From a virus (lineage: Duplodnaviria > Heunggongvirae > Uroviricota > Caudoviricetes), in IMG/VR virus record IMGVR_UViG_3300001765_000297: 64,000 bases of DNA; one strand, written 5' to 3'. The position numbers and the translations under genes were made by a program. The notes under the pieces were generated by a model. The model did no database searches and was not told where the DNA came from. It worked only from the letters and a program-made list of their open reading frames with translations. This document shows, in pieces, positions 25,368 to 35,195 of this stretch (positions are counted from its first letter, which is position 1; each line of letters starts with the position of its first letter).

Positions 25368-25781
25368 TTACAACATACTTTTGCATTTAGTTTTAATTTC
25401 ATCCCAATTAGTTTCTCTTCCTTCTCTTTCTGCAATTAGAAGAAATGTCTTGATAAGTTCCTGCATTTTCGGCATTGTCTTTCTATATGGATTATCATGG
25501 TCTTTATTGGCACGTTTAACAACTTCATCAATTTTCTTTTTATCAATTGATTCCAAACATGGATTATGTTCTATGGGTATATTAAATTCATATTTTAGCA
25601 ATTTAAGGCTTTCGTTAATTTTTTCAATTGCTCCGTCAGGAACGACATCATTTTCAACACCATGTATTTTTGCGTATTGCTTGAAGTAGATAATACTTGT
25701 TCCGATTGAATGCAAGTTAAATCCCAATGTTGTAATACTTGAATTTAATTCGGGTTCTTGAAATGTTATAAAATGTTTCAT
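25368..25781 (-). CDS. hypothetical protein
   Basis: ORF. Confidence 0.5.
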   Translation of the reverse strand: MKHFITFQEPELNSSITTLGFNLHSIGTSIIYFKQYAKIHGVENDVVPDGAIEKINESLKLLKYEFNIPIEHNPCLESIDKKKIDEVVKRANKDHDNPYRKTMPKMQELIKTFLLIAEREGRETNWDEIKTKCKSML

Positions 25782-25830
25782 TTTGTTTTTAGTTTTATGG
25801 TTATTATACGATTATTAAATAAAAATACAA

Positions 25831-26112
25831 TTAACGCTTTGTTTCTGCTATTAAATCTCCATTATGATAAATCTTTCTGTCTGTTTTTGTTGTTATAAGT
25901 ATTAACCCATTAAAATTAAATGTATATCCTTCACATAACTTATCCGAAAATGAGATAATATCACATCCCTTTTCAATAGGAGGACAGGCAATCATGTTGA
26001 TTAATTTACCATCTTTAAATATCTGTATGGTATTAGGATTCTTTTTATCGAATCTTATATTATTTTCCACATCTACATTTTTAATTAAACCGACCATTTC
26101 ACACGGTCCCAT
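25831..26112 (-). CDS. hypothetical protein
   Basis: ORF. Confidence 0.45.
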   Translation of the reverse strand: MGPCEMVGLIKNVDVENNIRFDKKNPNTIQIFKDGKLINMIACPPIEKGCDIISFSDKLCEGYTFNFNGLILITTKTDRKIYHNGDLIAETKR

Positions 26113-26438
26113 AATGTTTGTGTTGCGTTTATCATTCTATTTAATTTCTCTATATGTGCTGGTTGTTTTTTCTTAATTTTTTCCAAATGAATAATAAATC
26201 CATTTGGGGTTAGATTTTTCTTTTCATCGTTACAATTTTTACAACAAACGACTTTTAATCTTCCATTCATTGATTTGGGAAAGAAATGGTCTGCAGTTCT
26301 TCTATATGAGCCAACGGGAATACTTACACCGCAATACCAACATCTATCGCCACCTAGTTTCTTTCCTATGTAAACGCTTAGTTGTCCATAAGTCTCACTA
26401 TTTGTAGTTTGGGGTCCGGTAATTGTAGTTTCTTCCAT
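26085..26438 (-). CDS. HNH endonuclease
   Basis: CWYCG..DHFFPKSMNG..CCKNCNDEKKN. Confidence 0.6.
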   Translation of the reverse strand: MEETTITGPQTTNSETYGQLSVYIGKKLGGDRCWYCGVSIPVGSYRRTADHFFPKSMNGRLKVVCCKNCNDEKKNLTPNGFIIHLEKIKKKQPAHIEKLNRMINATQTLWDRVKWSV

Positions 26439-26496
26439 TTTATATATGTTTATGTAATAGTTATTATTTTAGTGGTATAAGATAGTTATAAACCAT

Positions 26497-26829
26497 TTAA
26501 TAGTCGCCACTTTGATATTCTACTACCGAGGGTTTATCCATAGGTATTTCTTCAACAGTAAAAACAGCAGTGTTCTCTATTGTCTTACTTGCAATTCTAT
26601 TTGCCTCTGCTTCATCGTAAGCAAGTATTATTAAACATCCACCTACTGGATATATTGGTTCAGAAACTACATTCCATAATTTCAGCGTATCGTTTTTATA
26701 CTTTTCGAATATCCTCTCAACAACGCTAAGTCTTGCATCGCTATAACTTAATTTAGTTCTTTTGTCATCAGTCATTTGGTTTTCCCAATTTGCAGCTTCT
26801 AATAAAGCCGATTTTAATTTTTCTTCCAT
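26497..26829 (-). CDS. hypothetical protein
   Basis: ORF. Confidence 0.5.
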   Translation of the reverse strand: MEEKLKSALLEAANWENQMTDDKRTKLSYSDARLSVVERIFEKYKNDTLKLWNVVSEPIYPVGGCLIILAYDEAEANRIASKTIENTAVFTVEEIPMDKPSVVEYQSGDY

Positions 26830-26868
26830 AGTATTCCTTTATATTATTTTATCAGTCTTTAGAATTAT

Positions 26869-27312
26869 CTAGCATAGGCATTGACCTTCGTCATAACCTT
26901 TGCATCTATCGCAGTAGAACCATTTGTTTTTAAAGTCTTCCCATTTAATTGAACTATAATCTTCTTGCCAGTCATAGAGTTTTTGTAAGTCGTATTCCTG
27001 ACGTTCATCGGTATCAAGGAGTGCCAGGTTTTCTTCCCGTATGTTTGAAATCAGTGTTTCGATTTTATTTTCTTCAAGTGTTTCAGATACTAGTGTTTCG
27101 ACTCTGCTTCTATTTATAAACACATCTACGAGTTCGTTGGGTTTATATTGAATAAAGTATGGTGCAACTTCTTTAATTTCGTTAATGAATTTAGTTAGGA
27201 GTTCCTTTTGGTTGCCTGCACTATATAATTCCAATAGAGTTTTATCTGCATCTTCTTTTGTTAGCTTGTTATCTAACAATAATTGCGTTACTTCTTCGAT
27301 TTTGTTTTTCAT
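26869..27312 (-). CDS. hypothetical protein
   Basis: ORF. Confidence 0.5.
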   Translation of the reverse strand: MKNKIEEVTQLLLDNKLTKEDADKTLLELYSAGNQKELLTKFINEIKEVAPYFIQYKPNELVDVFINRSRVETLVSETLEENKIETLISNIREENLALLDTDERQEYDLQKLYDWQEDYSSIKWEDFKNKWFYCDRCKGYDEGQCLC

Positions 27313-27320
27313 AGCATTTT

Positions 27321-27515
27321 TTAATATATAGCAACAATATCGCCTCTTTTATAATCACCGGAATCATCGATATATTCCACGTCTTTTATTTCCACACATT
27401 TTTCAAATGTTGAATAAAATGGTTTATCGTCTTCCATTTCGAGATTACAAACCACCGCATTGGGATTCATTTGTTTTAAGATTTCTATCAGTTCTATTAC
27501 TGTTGTGTTTTTCAT
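27321..27515 (-). CDS. hypothetical protein
   Basis: ORF. Confidence 0.45.
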   Translation of the reverse strand: MKNTTVIELIEILKQMNPNAVVCNLEMEDDKPFYSTFEKCVEIKDVEYIDDSGDYKRGDIVAIY

Positions 27516-27634
27516 AGTTTCTTATTTTTATTACTTAAAAAATCAAAAAGGTCTTCATCAATCCATCCTAAATCCTTCAAAAATGATGAAATTACCATAA
27601 TGCAAAAAAATGCAAATAATAAACACCAAATCAT
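27512..27634 (-). CDS. small hydrophobic peptide (40 aa, single TM)
   Basis: ATGA overlap with downstream gene; MIWCLLFAFFCIMVISSFL. Confidence 0.25.
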   Translation of the reverse strand: MIWCLLFAFFCIMVISSFLKDLGWIDEDLFDFLSNKNKKL

Positions 27635-27645
27635 TACATATACTT

Positions 27646-27849
27646 TCATAGTTTTTCATTTTGTTTTGTTCGATTTTCAGCCAATTTATTTACAATATGT
27701 TTTGCTATTGGTATTTGAACGCTTCTATCATATCTTCCGGCAACATGTGCTATATAATTCAATTGTTTAATCACAAACTCAATCTCATCATTGTATTTTT
27801 TATCGGGATTGACTGAAGATTCGGGTATTTCAAATTCGTTGTAGTCCAT
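27646..27849 (-). CDS. hypothetical protein
   Basis: ORF. Confidence 0.45.
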   Translation of the reverse strand: MDYNEFEIPESSVNPDKKYNDEIEFVIKQLNYIAHVAGRYDRSVQIPIAKHIVNKLAENRTKQNEKL

Positions 27850-28754
27850 TACTTCAGGTTATTTAATCGTTTTAGTTCTTTTTCGTAGTAGTCGAAGCCT
27901 TGCATCCATATATTCCAAAAATCATGTGTAGGAGTTTCTCTTGACTTCAATTTTGCCTTATCCTTATCCGGCAGCTTAACTTCTCGAAGTGATGATTGAA
28001 TAGCTTCTGCTTTAATATCAATAAACTGAGCAAGGATATAATCTTTAGCAACTGCATCTAATGAAATTCTTGATGATAACCATGCAAGTCTTTGTTCCGG
28101 AGTCTTACTCTGTTCGGGTTGCTCATACACCAACTTAGCCTTAATAGTTTTCTGCTCTGGGAACTTTGCGACTATATCCATGTCGGATTGAGAGGGTTGC
28201 TCAAATAAAGAATCGAATCTATCGCTTGCTAATTTAATAAGCTGTGCTAATTCTTCTTTTGATGTTTCCGCTATAAAAGCATCAGCTATTTCTAAAGATG
28301 TTTTCCTTTCCTCTTTCTTCCCCTCTGATACATCCATGTGTTCGGATATGTAAGCCTCTTTTAATTCAGGTTTAAATTCTACTCTTACATACAAATGCAT
28401 AATTTCTGCGTCAGTATTCCGTTTAGTAGCTTTATGAATATCATTAAACCATTCATTTGTAAAATAATCATAATATTCAAATCCTGAATCACATTTCCTC
28501 TCAATCACCCAATAAGGCTTTCCATCTTCCACAGGTCGGGGCAATGGGGATTCAAGTTGTTTTATTTTTGAGCATAATTGACTATACCCTACACTAATAT
28601 CTGACCCATTAGAATAGTAATCGAATAATGATTTTACTTCTTTGAGTATTTCGAGTTCAGTTTTTGGTTTACTAACTTTTCCTTTTAGTAAATCATCAAT
28701 ACTTTTATCCCTTCCATAGTTGTTATTTCCGGGACCGTATTTAATATCTTTCAT
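27849..28754 (-). CDS. hypothetical protein (301 aa)
   Basis: ORF. Confidence 0.55.
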   Translation of the reverse strand: MKDIKYGPGNNNYGRDKSIDDLLKGKVSKPKTELEILKEVKSLFDYYSNGSDISVGYSQLCSKIKQLESPLPRPVEDGKPYWVIERKCDSGFEYYDYFTNEWFNDIHKATKRNTDAEIMHLYVRVEFKPELKEAYISEHMDVSEGKKEERKTSLEIADAFIAETSKEELAQLIKLASDRFDSLFEQPSQSDMDIVAKFPEQKTIKAKLVYEQPEQSKTPEQRLAWLSSRISLDAVAKDYILAQFIDIKAEAIQSSLREVKLPDKDKAKLKSRETPTHDFWNIWMQGFDYYEKELKRLNNLK

Positions 28755-28765
28755 AGGATTATTAT

Positions 28766-28993
28766 TTACTGTTTAACCACATCAAAGGTAGCGATTCCGT
28801 CTTGAACTTCAACAGCTACTTTTATGTTAATACCCTTTACACCATCTTCGGTTAATAATAGATAGTTTCTTTCGCCTAATTCTATATCAATAACATAGCC
28901 ACCCCAAACTCCAATATAGATACCATCAGGTAATTTACTTGGTGTTTGTATTTTTTCTGTGATTGACTTAATTTTATTTTTCATTTTTATCAA
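28766..28993 (-). CDS. hypothetical protein
   Basis: ORF. Confidence 0.45.
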   Translation of the reverse strand: MIKMKNKIKSITEKIQTPSKLPDGIYIGVWGGYVIDIELGERNYLLLTEDGVKGINIKVAVEVQDGIATFDVVKQ

Positions 28994-29165
28994 GTATTTG
29001 AATCATTTTTTCTGTTGCACTAATAGCGTTATCCATGCGAGTATGGAAAGCGCTTTTAACAAAGCATTCATCGACATTTTCCTTACCATAATTAGAATTA
29101 TCTAATTTACACCCAAATTCATGGGACTTATGGTTTTCACAATTGATACATCTTTCGTATTTCAT
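28974..29165 (-). CDS. small Cys-rich protein
   Basis: ORF with promoter 29207-29236. Confidence 0.4.
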   Translation of the reverse strand: MKYERCINCENHKSHEFGCKLDNSNYGKENVDECFVKSAFHTRMDNAISATEKMIQILDKNEK

Positions 29166-29206
29166 ATTACAAGAATTAAGTTTTCTTCATGATTTTTTTA
29201 TAATCA

Positions 29207-29236
29207 TTATACGATAACCTGTGAGCAAATGTTACA
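29207..29236 (-). promoter_or_regulatory. phage promoter (minus) TTATACG-N17-GTTACA
   Basis: motif. Confidence 0.5.
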
Positions 29237-29247
29237 ATGTTTAGCAA

Positions 29248-29565
29248 TTAGTTTAGTTTAATATGTTTTTTCAACCATTTGATTCTTGGTCTAGTTCTGC
29301 CCTTTTTCCAATAGTAGTTATCTTTACCGATTAGCGTATGTGGGTTTATTGGTTTATTATTGGTAATATAGGCTTGGACTTCACAATATTCATCTAATGT
29401 AAAAATATTCATATGAAGTAATTCATTGGCTACATAGCATAGACCTACACCACCATATAATTGAAGACCATTTATAATTTCAACATTTCTCAATATGATT
29501 TTCAATAATTCTTTTATATTCCTGGTTTTCATAGGTTTAATTATATAATTTGTCAATGTAATCAA
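29248..29565 (-). CDS. hypothetical protein
   Basis: ORF. Confidence 0.45.
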   Translation of the reverse strand: MITLTNYIIKPMKTRNIKELLKIILRNVEIINGLQLYGGVGLCYVANELLHMNIFTLDEYCEVQAYITNNKPINPHTLIGKDNYYWKKGRTRPRIKWLKKHIKLN

Positions 29566-29743
29566 TCATTGATTGCTTTGCAGCTTCGATGTCTATAAAA
29601 TATTCTTGCATTTCTAAGACCAAATGTGTTGAGTCTTGCACGTCTGCATCAAAGAAGTTGAGACTAATTCTGGCAATTGAGATTCTATGGTTTTTATACT
29701 TACCAATGAATCGGTCTTCGGTATCGATAATAACATCTGTCAT
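29537..29743 (-). CDS. hypothetical protein
   Basis: ORF with promoter 29764-29791. Confidence 0.4.
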   Translation of the reverse strand: MTDVIIDTEDRFIGKYKNHRISIARISLNFFDADVQDSTHLVLEMQEYFIDIEAAKQSMIDYIDKLYN

Positions 29744-29763
29744 AATTTCTATTTAATTATCAT

Positions 29764-29791
29764 TATATAATACTTTAGTCGAAATGTTACA
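29764..29791 (-). promoter_or_regulatory. phage promoter variant (minus) TTATATA-N15-GTTACA
   Basis: motif variant. Confidence 0.4.
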
Positions 29792-29792
29792 A

Positions 29793-29987
29793 TTAATCGT
29801 AGAAACTATATCCGGTTTCCCAATCTTCTGTGGTTCTCCACTTCCAATATTCTTCCGGAGAACATTTCACACCATCTTCAAGACAGATTTGCCCGTCTTT
29901 CATGGTCATGAATTCGTTATTATCGAAATACTCGTGAGTAATTCTACGACCATTTTGCATTTCCTGGATTGCTTCCGATTTTAACAT
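29793..29987 (-). CDS. hypothetical protein
   Basis: ORF. Confidence 0.4.
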   Translation of the reverse strand: MLKSEAIQEMQNGRRITHEYFDNNEFMTMKDGQICLEDGVKCSPEEYWKWRTTEDWETGYSFYD

Positions 29988-29990
29988 GGC

Positions 29991-30641
29991 TTATTTTTTA
30001 CTATTTTTCTCTATTTCTTCGACTAATTCAGTTAATTCAGCTATTAGTTGTCTTGCCATACTAGCATTTGTATCTACATGGTAGGGTGTAAACATTCCCC
30101 ATGATAGTCTTATGAGGGATTCATCGCCATTTTTTCTTGGAGAAATTGATGGCTCGATATTCCAAATGATTTCTTCATCATTGATTTTAACAATATTATT
30201 TTCACGAAGTTCTTCATCGGACATCTGGCTGTAAGATTTTTCCTCGACTTGCTCAGGACTGTCATTCCAATTTGGGTCTTCCTTCATGTCTTCCTTTATG
30301 TTTTTCACGATAGCAAGTCCTTTTTTTAATAGGGCAGTTAGTTCATCGTCCGATAATTCATCTAATGATTCGGTATTATTTTTTTTCTGATGAAATTTCA
30401 TTGCAAACCTCACGCTTTCCATTATGGAATCATATTGGAGATTTTCTCTCGCAGTATCGAGTTCAATGACTTCATCAACCACATATCCTTTTACGTGATA
30501 TGGGAGATATATACATAGATATAGTGTATCGTCTAGAACGAATTTAGCCTGAGCGTGGCTATTTTTTACTTCACCAAACGTTTCGGTTTTCCATAAAAGA
30601 AAACTGAATATGTCTTTTGATACTACTGCGATTGTTTTCAT
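29991..30641 (-). CDS. hypothetical acidic protein (216 aa)
   Basis: ORF. Confidence 0.55.
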   Translation of the reverse strand: MKTIAVVSKDIFSFLLWKTETFGEVKNSHAQAKFVLDDTLYLCIYLPYHVKGYVVDEVIELDTARENLQYDSIMESVRFAMKFHQKKNNTESLDELSDDELTALLKKGLAIVKNIKEDMKEDPNWNDSPEQVEEKSYSQMSDEELRENNIVKINDEEIIWNIEPSISPRKNGDESLIRLSWGMFTPYHVDTNASMARQLIAELTELVEEIEKNSKK

Positions 30642-30649
30642 ATTACTAG

Positions 30650-30901
30650 TTATTTAGTGAAAATTCTGTGTTGTCCCGCTACATTTCCAACTTGTTTCAC
30701 TTCACGGATTTCGCCAAGTTCAACAAGTCTGTCGACCATTGCCATACGCACCCAAGATTCGCCAGCACCTGCCATTGCATGTCCCATATTAATACAACCC
30801 GCAATTCTGATTATTTCATTCACCTTATCTCTGATTTCCAGAAATTCTTTTTGGTTTTCAGGTTTGAAAACTTCCGGTCTTAATTCGTAGTAATTATACA
30901 T
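30650..30901 (-). CDS. hypothetical protein
   Basis: ORF. Confidence 0.45.
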   Translation of the reverse strand: MYNYYELRPEVFKPENQKEFLEIRDKVNEIIRIAGCINMGHAMAGAGESWVRMAMVDRLVELGEIREVKQVGNVAGQHRIFTK

Positions 30902-30902
30902 A

Positions 30903-31718
30903 TTATTTTTTTATTTGTTTCAACAAATCTTTAACCTTATCAAGGTGTTTGCTATCCATTGGTTTACCACAGGTATTCATTTTGATAAAGGTACTGTAGA
31001 TGGCTTCCAAGCTAGGATTTTCAAGATATCCATAGGTTATGCTATGGTTGAAAAACCTATGTCTATCACTACCACTGAGTTCTGAGAAGAACTTACCTTT
31101 GTATTTATACCGGTCTTCGTAGAATTCGCAGAGTGCAGTTAATCTTTGTTTACCATCAATAATTTCATAATAACGTCCGGGAGTACTTTCATTTCTCTGA
31201 ACAAATACAAATTTACCGATTTCGATATTATTAAAAATTGAGTCAATGAGTGCTACCTTATCTTTGAGTTCCCATACGTGCTCTCTCTGATACTCAACAT
31301 TAAAATCAACTCCACCCCAAGGACTATATACCATATGGATTAGGCTATCTATTCCGGAGTTAAGTTGTCTGATATAAAATCTTTCTTCAATGGCAAAACT
31401 AGTGTCTCTTTTACCTTTATATTTATTAAGGTCTAACCATGTCATAGCAGTCCAAGTGCTATCTCCATTAAGGTTTCCTTCTTTATCATACCTAAGACTT
31501 TCAACTGTATAGTATAAGCCATTCTCATGTACTTCACGCACATAAACTTCTTTGTGTGAACCCCACAATACTCTTTCATTAAGACTGAAAGACCTTGTAG
31601 GATTTAATGGCATTATACCATAATCAATCATTCTCCGGATTTCATTTATTGCGGAATTAACTGCTTTCAGTCGTATTTCTTCGCTGCTGAGTACTTTATC
31701 TTTTATTTTCTTTGCCAT
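30903..31718 (-). CDS. DUF262 (ParB-like nuclease / GmrSD N-terminal domain) protein
   Basis: YQREHVWELKDKVALIDSIFNNIEIGKFVFV ... IIDGKQRLTAL = DUF262 signature incl. DGQQR-type motif. Confidence 0.55.
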   Translation of the reverse strand: MAKKIKDKVLSSEEIRLKAVNSAINEIRRMIDYGIMPLNPTRSFSLNERVLWGSHKEVYVREVHENGLYYTVESLRYDKEGNLNGDSTWTAMTWLDLNKYKGKRDTSFAIEERFYIRQLNSGIDSLIHMVYSPWGGVDFNVEYQREHVWELKDKVALIDSIFNNIEIGKFVFVQRNESTPGRYYEIIDGKQRLTALCEFYEDRYKYKGKFFSELSGSDRHRFFNHSITYGYLENPSLEAIYSTFIKMNTCGKPMDSKHLDKVKDLLKQIKK

Positions 31719-31750
31719 TATACGGAATATTTATATACCATTATACGGAA

Positions 31751-31780
31751 AGGAATTCGTAAATGTTACAAAAATTATTT
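31751..31780 (-). promoter_or_regulatory. phage promoter (minus) TTATACG-N17-GTTACA; extra orphan TTATACG copy at 31728-31734
   Basis: motif. Confidence 0.5.
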
Positions 31781-31799
31781 CTTTTATGTGGAGTATTAT

Positions 31800-32030
31800 T
31801 TACCAGCTTCTGCGGAAGTTATCTATTGCCTTAGCAATATCGCTACCATTTCCAAGTTCTTTTCCGGTTCTGTCAATATAAATGCGTCCACCGAACATAC
31901 ATTTATACTGTTCATCGAGTTTATATTCATTTACTTCGGTTTTTTTGCCCCAAAACTTTTCCCATGAAGTTGGTTCGAGTGTAACGGTATAAATGCTTCG
32001 GTCTTCAGTCTCAATTTTTGTTATTTTCAT
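31800..32030 (-). CDS. hypothetical protein
   Basis: ORF. Confidence 0.45.
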   Translation of the reverse strand: MKITKIETEDRSIYTVTLEPTSWEKFWGKKTEVNEYKLDEQYKCMFGGRIYIDRTGKELGNGSDIAKAIDNFRRSW

Positions 32031-32254
32031 TGTAGTATAGTAAATAATAATACGATAAAGCTAAATGCTAAGAAATATGTTCCCCATAGTTTTTCAACAA
32101 CACCATATATGATGTTGATTGCAAGTAATGCTAATGCACCGATTCCAAAATTTATGTTATTATCACCACAGTAATATAACAATAGCAAGATAATTCCAGA
32201 TAGTCCTGCTAAGAATGCTACAGCATCGAAGAAATCCACTTCTTTAGTTTTCAT
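32027..32254 (-). CDS. small membrane protein
   Basis: 2 hydrophobic segments. Confidence 0.45.
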   Translation of the reverse strand: MKTKEVDFFDAVAFLAGLSGIILLLLYYCGDNNINFGIGALALLAINIIYGVVEKLWGTYFLAFSFIVLLFTILQ

Positions 32255-32258
32255 ATGA

Positions 32259-32663
32259 TTAGATTGAAATAGGTGTTGCCGGTAATGCGAATGTTATGTT
32301 ATAACATTTCTCACAAAGTTTTGGTACTGGAAAGCCATTTTCACACCAATAGGTATCACCACATTTATCGCAAACCAAATGATATTTCACTAGTGTTTCT
32401 TTTTGTTCTTCCGGAAGTATTCCCAAATGTATCATTCTTTCGTCAACACTCATGGCATCCCAAACTTCAAGGTCTATGTTTTGAGGAATGGTTCTGTATC
32501 TTCTACCTGATTTAGCTATATACATATTTTTTTTGTTTATTTTTTCGTATAATTCCTGGATTTGCTTATTTTTTCTCAGAATTATTTCAATTAAGAATTC
32601 ACGGGCAAATAAGTTATATGCTTGCTTCTCCTCTCTTTCGAACATATATGCTTTGTAATCCAT
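32259..32663 (-). CDS. zinc-finger protein (CDKCG..C..CEKC)
   Basis: ORF; Cys4 cluster. Confidence 0.5.
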   Translation of the reverse strand: MDYKAYMFEREEKQAYNLFAREFLIEIILRKNKQIQELYEKINKKNMYIAKSGRRYRTIPQNIDLEVWDAMSVDERMIHLGILPEEQKETLVKYHLVCDKCGDTYWCENGFPVPKLCEKCYNITFALPATPISI

Positions 32664-32665
32664 GA

Positions 32666-32857
32666 CTATAGTTCTTCAAAGACTTTAAATAAAAAACCAA
32701 CACCCACAACTCCCAATAGAAATCGGCTGAATCCATTCCATTCACCTATATTTAGATTCCAATTAACTAGGGATAAAAATCCAAATACTACAACGGTAAT
32801 GACTACAAATAATATAATTACTGACATTACCCTACTGAATCTTGTTTCATTTTCCAT
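32666..32857 (-). CDS. small membrane protein
   Basis: hydrophobic. Confidence 0.4.
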   Translation of the reverse strand: MENETRFSRVMSVIILFVVITVVVFGFLSLVNWNLNIGEWNGFSRFLLGVVGVGFLFKVFEEL

Positions 32858-32858
32858 A

Positions 32859-33092
32859 TTATTCGATTTTATATCTAGTTATAACTTGTTCTGCTACAGG
32901 AAAAACAATAGTACCTTTAATTATAAGTGTTTGACCACCCCAATAGTTGGTATCGTTTTCTGATGGTAATTTATTTAATATACCCTCACTATAACTACCT
33001 TCCTCAAGTTCTTTGAGTAGTTGTTCTTTTGTCAGTTGCTCTACGATTGTATCGCCATCTGAATTTCTGATTGTAATATAATTATCTTTCAT
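32859..33092 (-). CDS. hypothetical protein
   Basis: ORF. Confidence 0.45.
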   Translation of the reverse strand: MKDNYITIRNSDGDTIVEQLTKEQLLKELEEGSYSEGILNKLPSENDTNYWGGQTLIIKGTIVFPVAEQVITRYKIE

Positions 33093-33142
33093 GTTATATA
33101 GTTTTAATCTTTTATGTTATATAGTTTAGCTACTCCCATTAA

Positions 33143-33496
33143 TTATTCCAATCCACATTCTACCCAAGAAGACTTGGCTTGGTAGATATATTTAACATCA
33201 AATCCTTGTGCAATGCACCATTTATCAATATCCTTATGGATGACGTGCCTTACATTTGGTTCTTTAATTAGACTAACGAGTATGTTTAGCTTATCAATAT
33301 AATTATCTTCATCGTATTCCAAGAATGGTATAATTTTTCTTGGGTCAACTACCTTTGGTATAAGGGATTCCAAAACGATATATGCAGCTTGGTTACTGGC
33401 AAAACTTTCAGTATTGCTATTCCGGATTTCGAAAGGTCCCTCACATTCGATTTCCCAACCATTTGCTTCTAAAATTGCTCGATGTTTAATATCCAT
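33143..33496 (-). CDS. hypothetical protein
   Basis: ORF. Confidence 0.5.
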   Translation of the reverse strand: MDIKHRAILEANGWEIECEGPFEIRNSNTESFASNQAAYIVLESLIPKVVDPRKIIPFLEYDEDNYIDKLNILVSLIKEPNVRHVIHKDIDKWCIAQGFDVKYIYQAKSSWVECGLE

Positions 33497-33705
33497 TAGT
33501 TCTTCGTTTTTACATATGATAGCAAGTAAGCTAAAAAAAGCACTATCATTCCAATAATGGAGTGGGGTAATGCCTCATGTACTGCAAGTTTTCTGATTTC
33601 TCTAAATCCTGGGTAGTCCATCATAATTTGATTTGCCCAAATTATTACTATAAGTCCAATAATCATTAGGATTATGATTAAAGCATTTCTTAATATTCTA
33701 TTCAT
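33496..33705 (-). CDS. small membrane protein
   Basis: 2 TM-like segments. Confidence 0.45.
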   Translation of the reverse strand: MNRILRNALIIILMIIGLIVIIWANQIMMDYPGFREIRKLAVHEALPHSIIGMIVLFLAYLLSYVKTKN

Positions 33706-33718
33706 AGCTTTTATTATT

Positions 33719-34279
33719 TTACTGATTCAATATTAAACTTTTGTGCATTTCGGCATTTGCTTTATTTCTTGCTTCAAGAAAGTCAAGAAAATGTTTATCA
33801 AAACTAACGCTATTTATTTTAAATTCCAAAAGTTTTATATTATTTTTTACATATTCACTAGCATCAAGACTTTGGGCATAATTATGAAGAAGTATTGAAT
33901 CAGTAGACATGCAATAAATTTCTAGAACCGGATGCTTAATGGTGAACATCATTAAATCTGCGGTTACGTTTATTTTTATAAAGTCTTTTTCATTCTCCTT
34001 CACATCATTCACATATTTATTTAATTTTGTGGTATCGTTGAAATGATATACAAAATTTCTATAATCTTGTTTTTCAACGCTGTATTTGGCATACCATTCA
34101 TATGTAACCATTACACCATCTTGGGAACGAGTGGTTGTAGTAAAGGTTAATTCCCTTGTTGTTGGGGAATTATCCAGTATTAGTTGGGGTTTTTCTTTGT
34201 CAGATTGAAATACTATCAATATTTTAGCCATCGATAATCCAATTACGATTCCAAATAGAATTGAAGTTAAAATTTTCAT
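33719..34279 (-). CDS. secreted/membrane-anchored protein (N-terminal signal/TM)
   Basis: MKILTSILFGIVIGLSMAKILIVF. Confidence 0.5.
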   Translation of the reverse strand: MKILTSILFGIVIGLSMAKILIVFQSDKEKPQLILDNSPTTRELTFTTTTRSQDGVMVTYEWYAKYSVEKQDYRNFVYHFNDTTKLNKYVNDVKENEKDFIKINVTADLMMFTIKHPVLEIYCMSTDSILLHNYAQSLDASEYVKNNIKLLEFKINSVSFDKHFLDFLEARNKANAEMHKSLILNQ

Positions 34280-34469
34280 ATTTTTTGTTTTTAGATTTAA
34301 TGAGAATTAAGATACGCATAAACTTCTTTATATGCGGAAAATTTTCCACCCTTATTTATTTTTCGGTGTAACTTTACTTCGTTGTCGGCAACAATTATGT
34401 CTTTTTCATTCTGTAGGGTCAACATTCTTTCAGTAACCCATTTGAGTAATTCTTTATTTTCCATAGTTT

Positions 34470-35138
34470 CTAGTATTCTTCTTCAAGCATTTTCTCAATT
34501 TCTGCTTTAGGAGTTAAGTGATACATAAATTCGTATTGGTCTTCACCAATGATATCCATGAACTTAATGATGGTTGCTTTTTGTTCAACAGTTAGTTTTG
34601 TTTCATAGAGAAAATGAATACGTGTTGAAGATACTCTTACCCAACCCATGTTATCGAGACAATCTTCATTATCCCTATTCTTCATAGCTTCTGGCTTTTC
34701 AATTGTCTTGGTAAGAAATAGTTCTTTTGCTAACCAACGGTGTGCTTCGAATCCACAGGCATAGAATTTGCCCTGACGATTAATATAACCGTGTTCAAGG
34801 TCTTTGGTTATTTTAGATGCTTTTACCTTAACGACAGGTTGTGTTGCTTCGTCTTGGTTATAAACCAATTCGTTGGTTTCTTTATCATAGTACGAGTAGT
34901 TATAACAACCTCTTGCATCGACTTCATCGTTTTCCCTGCCGATATAAATCTTATGTTCTTTGACATCAAAAATGGTAGTGAGCATAGAATTATAGTGTTC
35001 ATCAAAGTCCTTAATGGCTTCAACGATGTTGTTACCACCCATATGAGTTACAAACACGTTATTCTCGTAGAGTCCAATGAATCGATAACCTTTTGCTATT
35101 AGTTCATCAACTTGCTCCCTTTTAGATTTCTTTGCCAT
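34470..35138 (-). CDS. hypothetical protein (222 aa)
   Basis: ORF with promoter 35163-35191. Confidence 0.55.
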   Translation of the reverse strand: MAKKSKREQVDELIAKGYRFIGLYENNVFVTHMGGNNIVEAIKDFDEHYNSMLTTIFDVKEHKIYIGRENDEVDARGCYNYSYYDKETNELVYNQDEATQPVVKVKASKITKDLEHGYINRQGKFYACGFEAHRWLAKELFLTKTIEKPEAMKNRDNEDCLDNMGWVRVSSTRIHFLYETKLTVEQKATIIKFMDIIGEDQYEFMYHLTPKAEIEKMLEEEY

Positions 35139-35162
35139 AATAATTGGGTTTAATTACGGTGG

Positions 35163-35191
35163 TTATACGTAAAGTAATTCTAAATGTTACA
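35163..35191 (-). promoter_or_regulatory. phage promoter (minus) TTATACG-N16-GTTACA
   Basis: motif. Confidence 0.5.
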
Positions 35192-35195
35192 AAAG

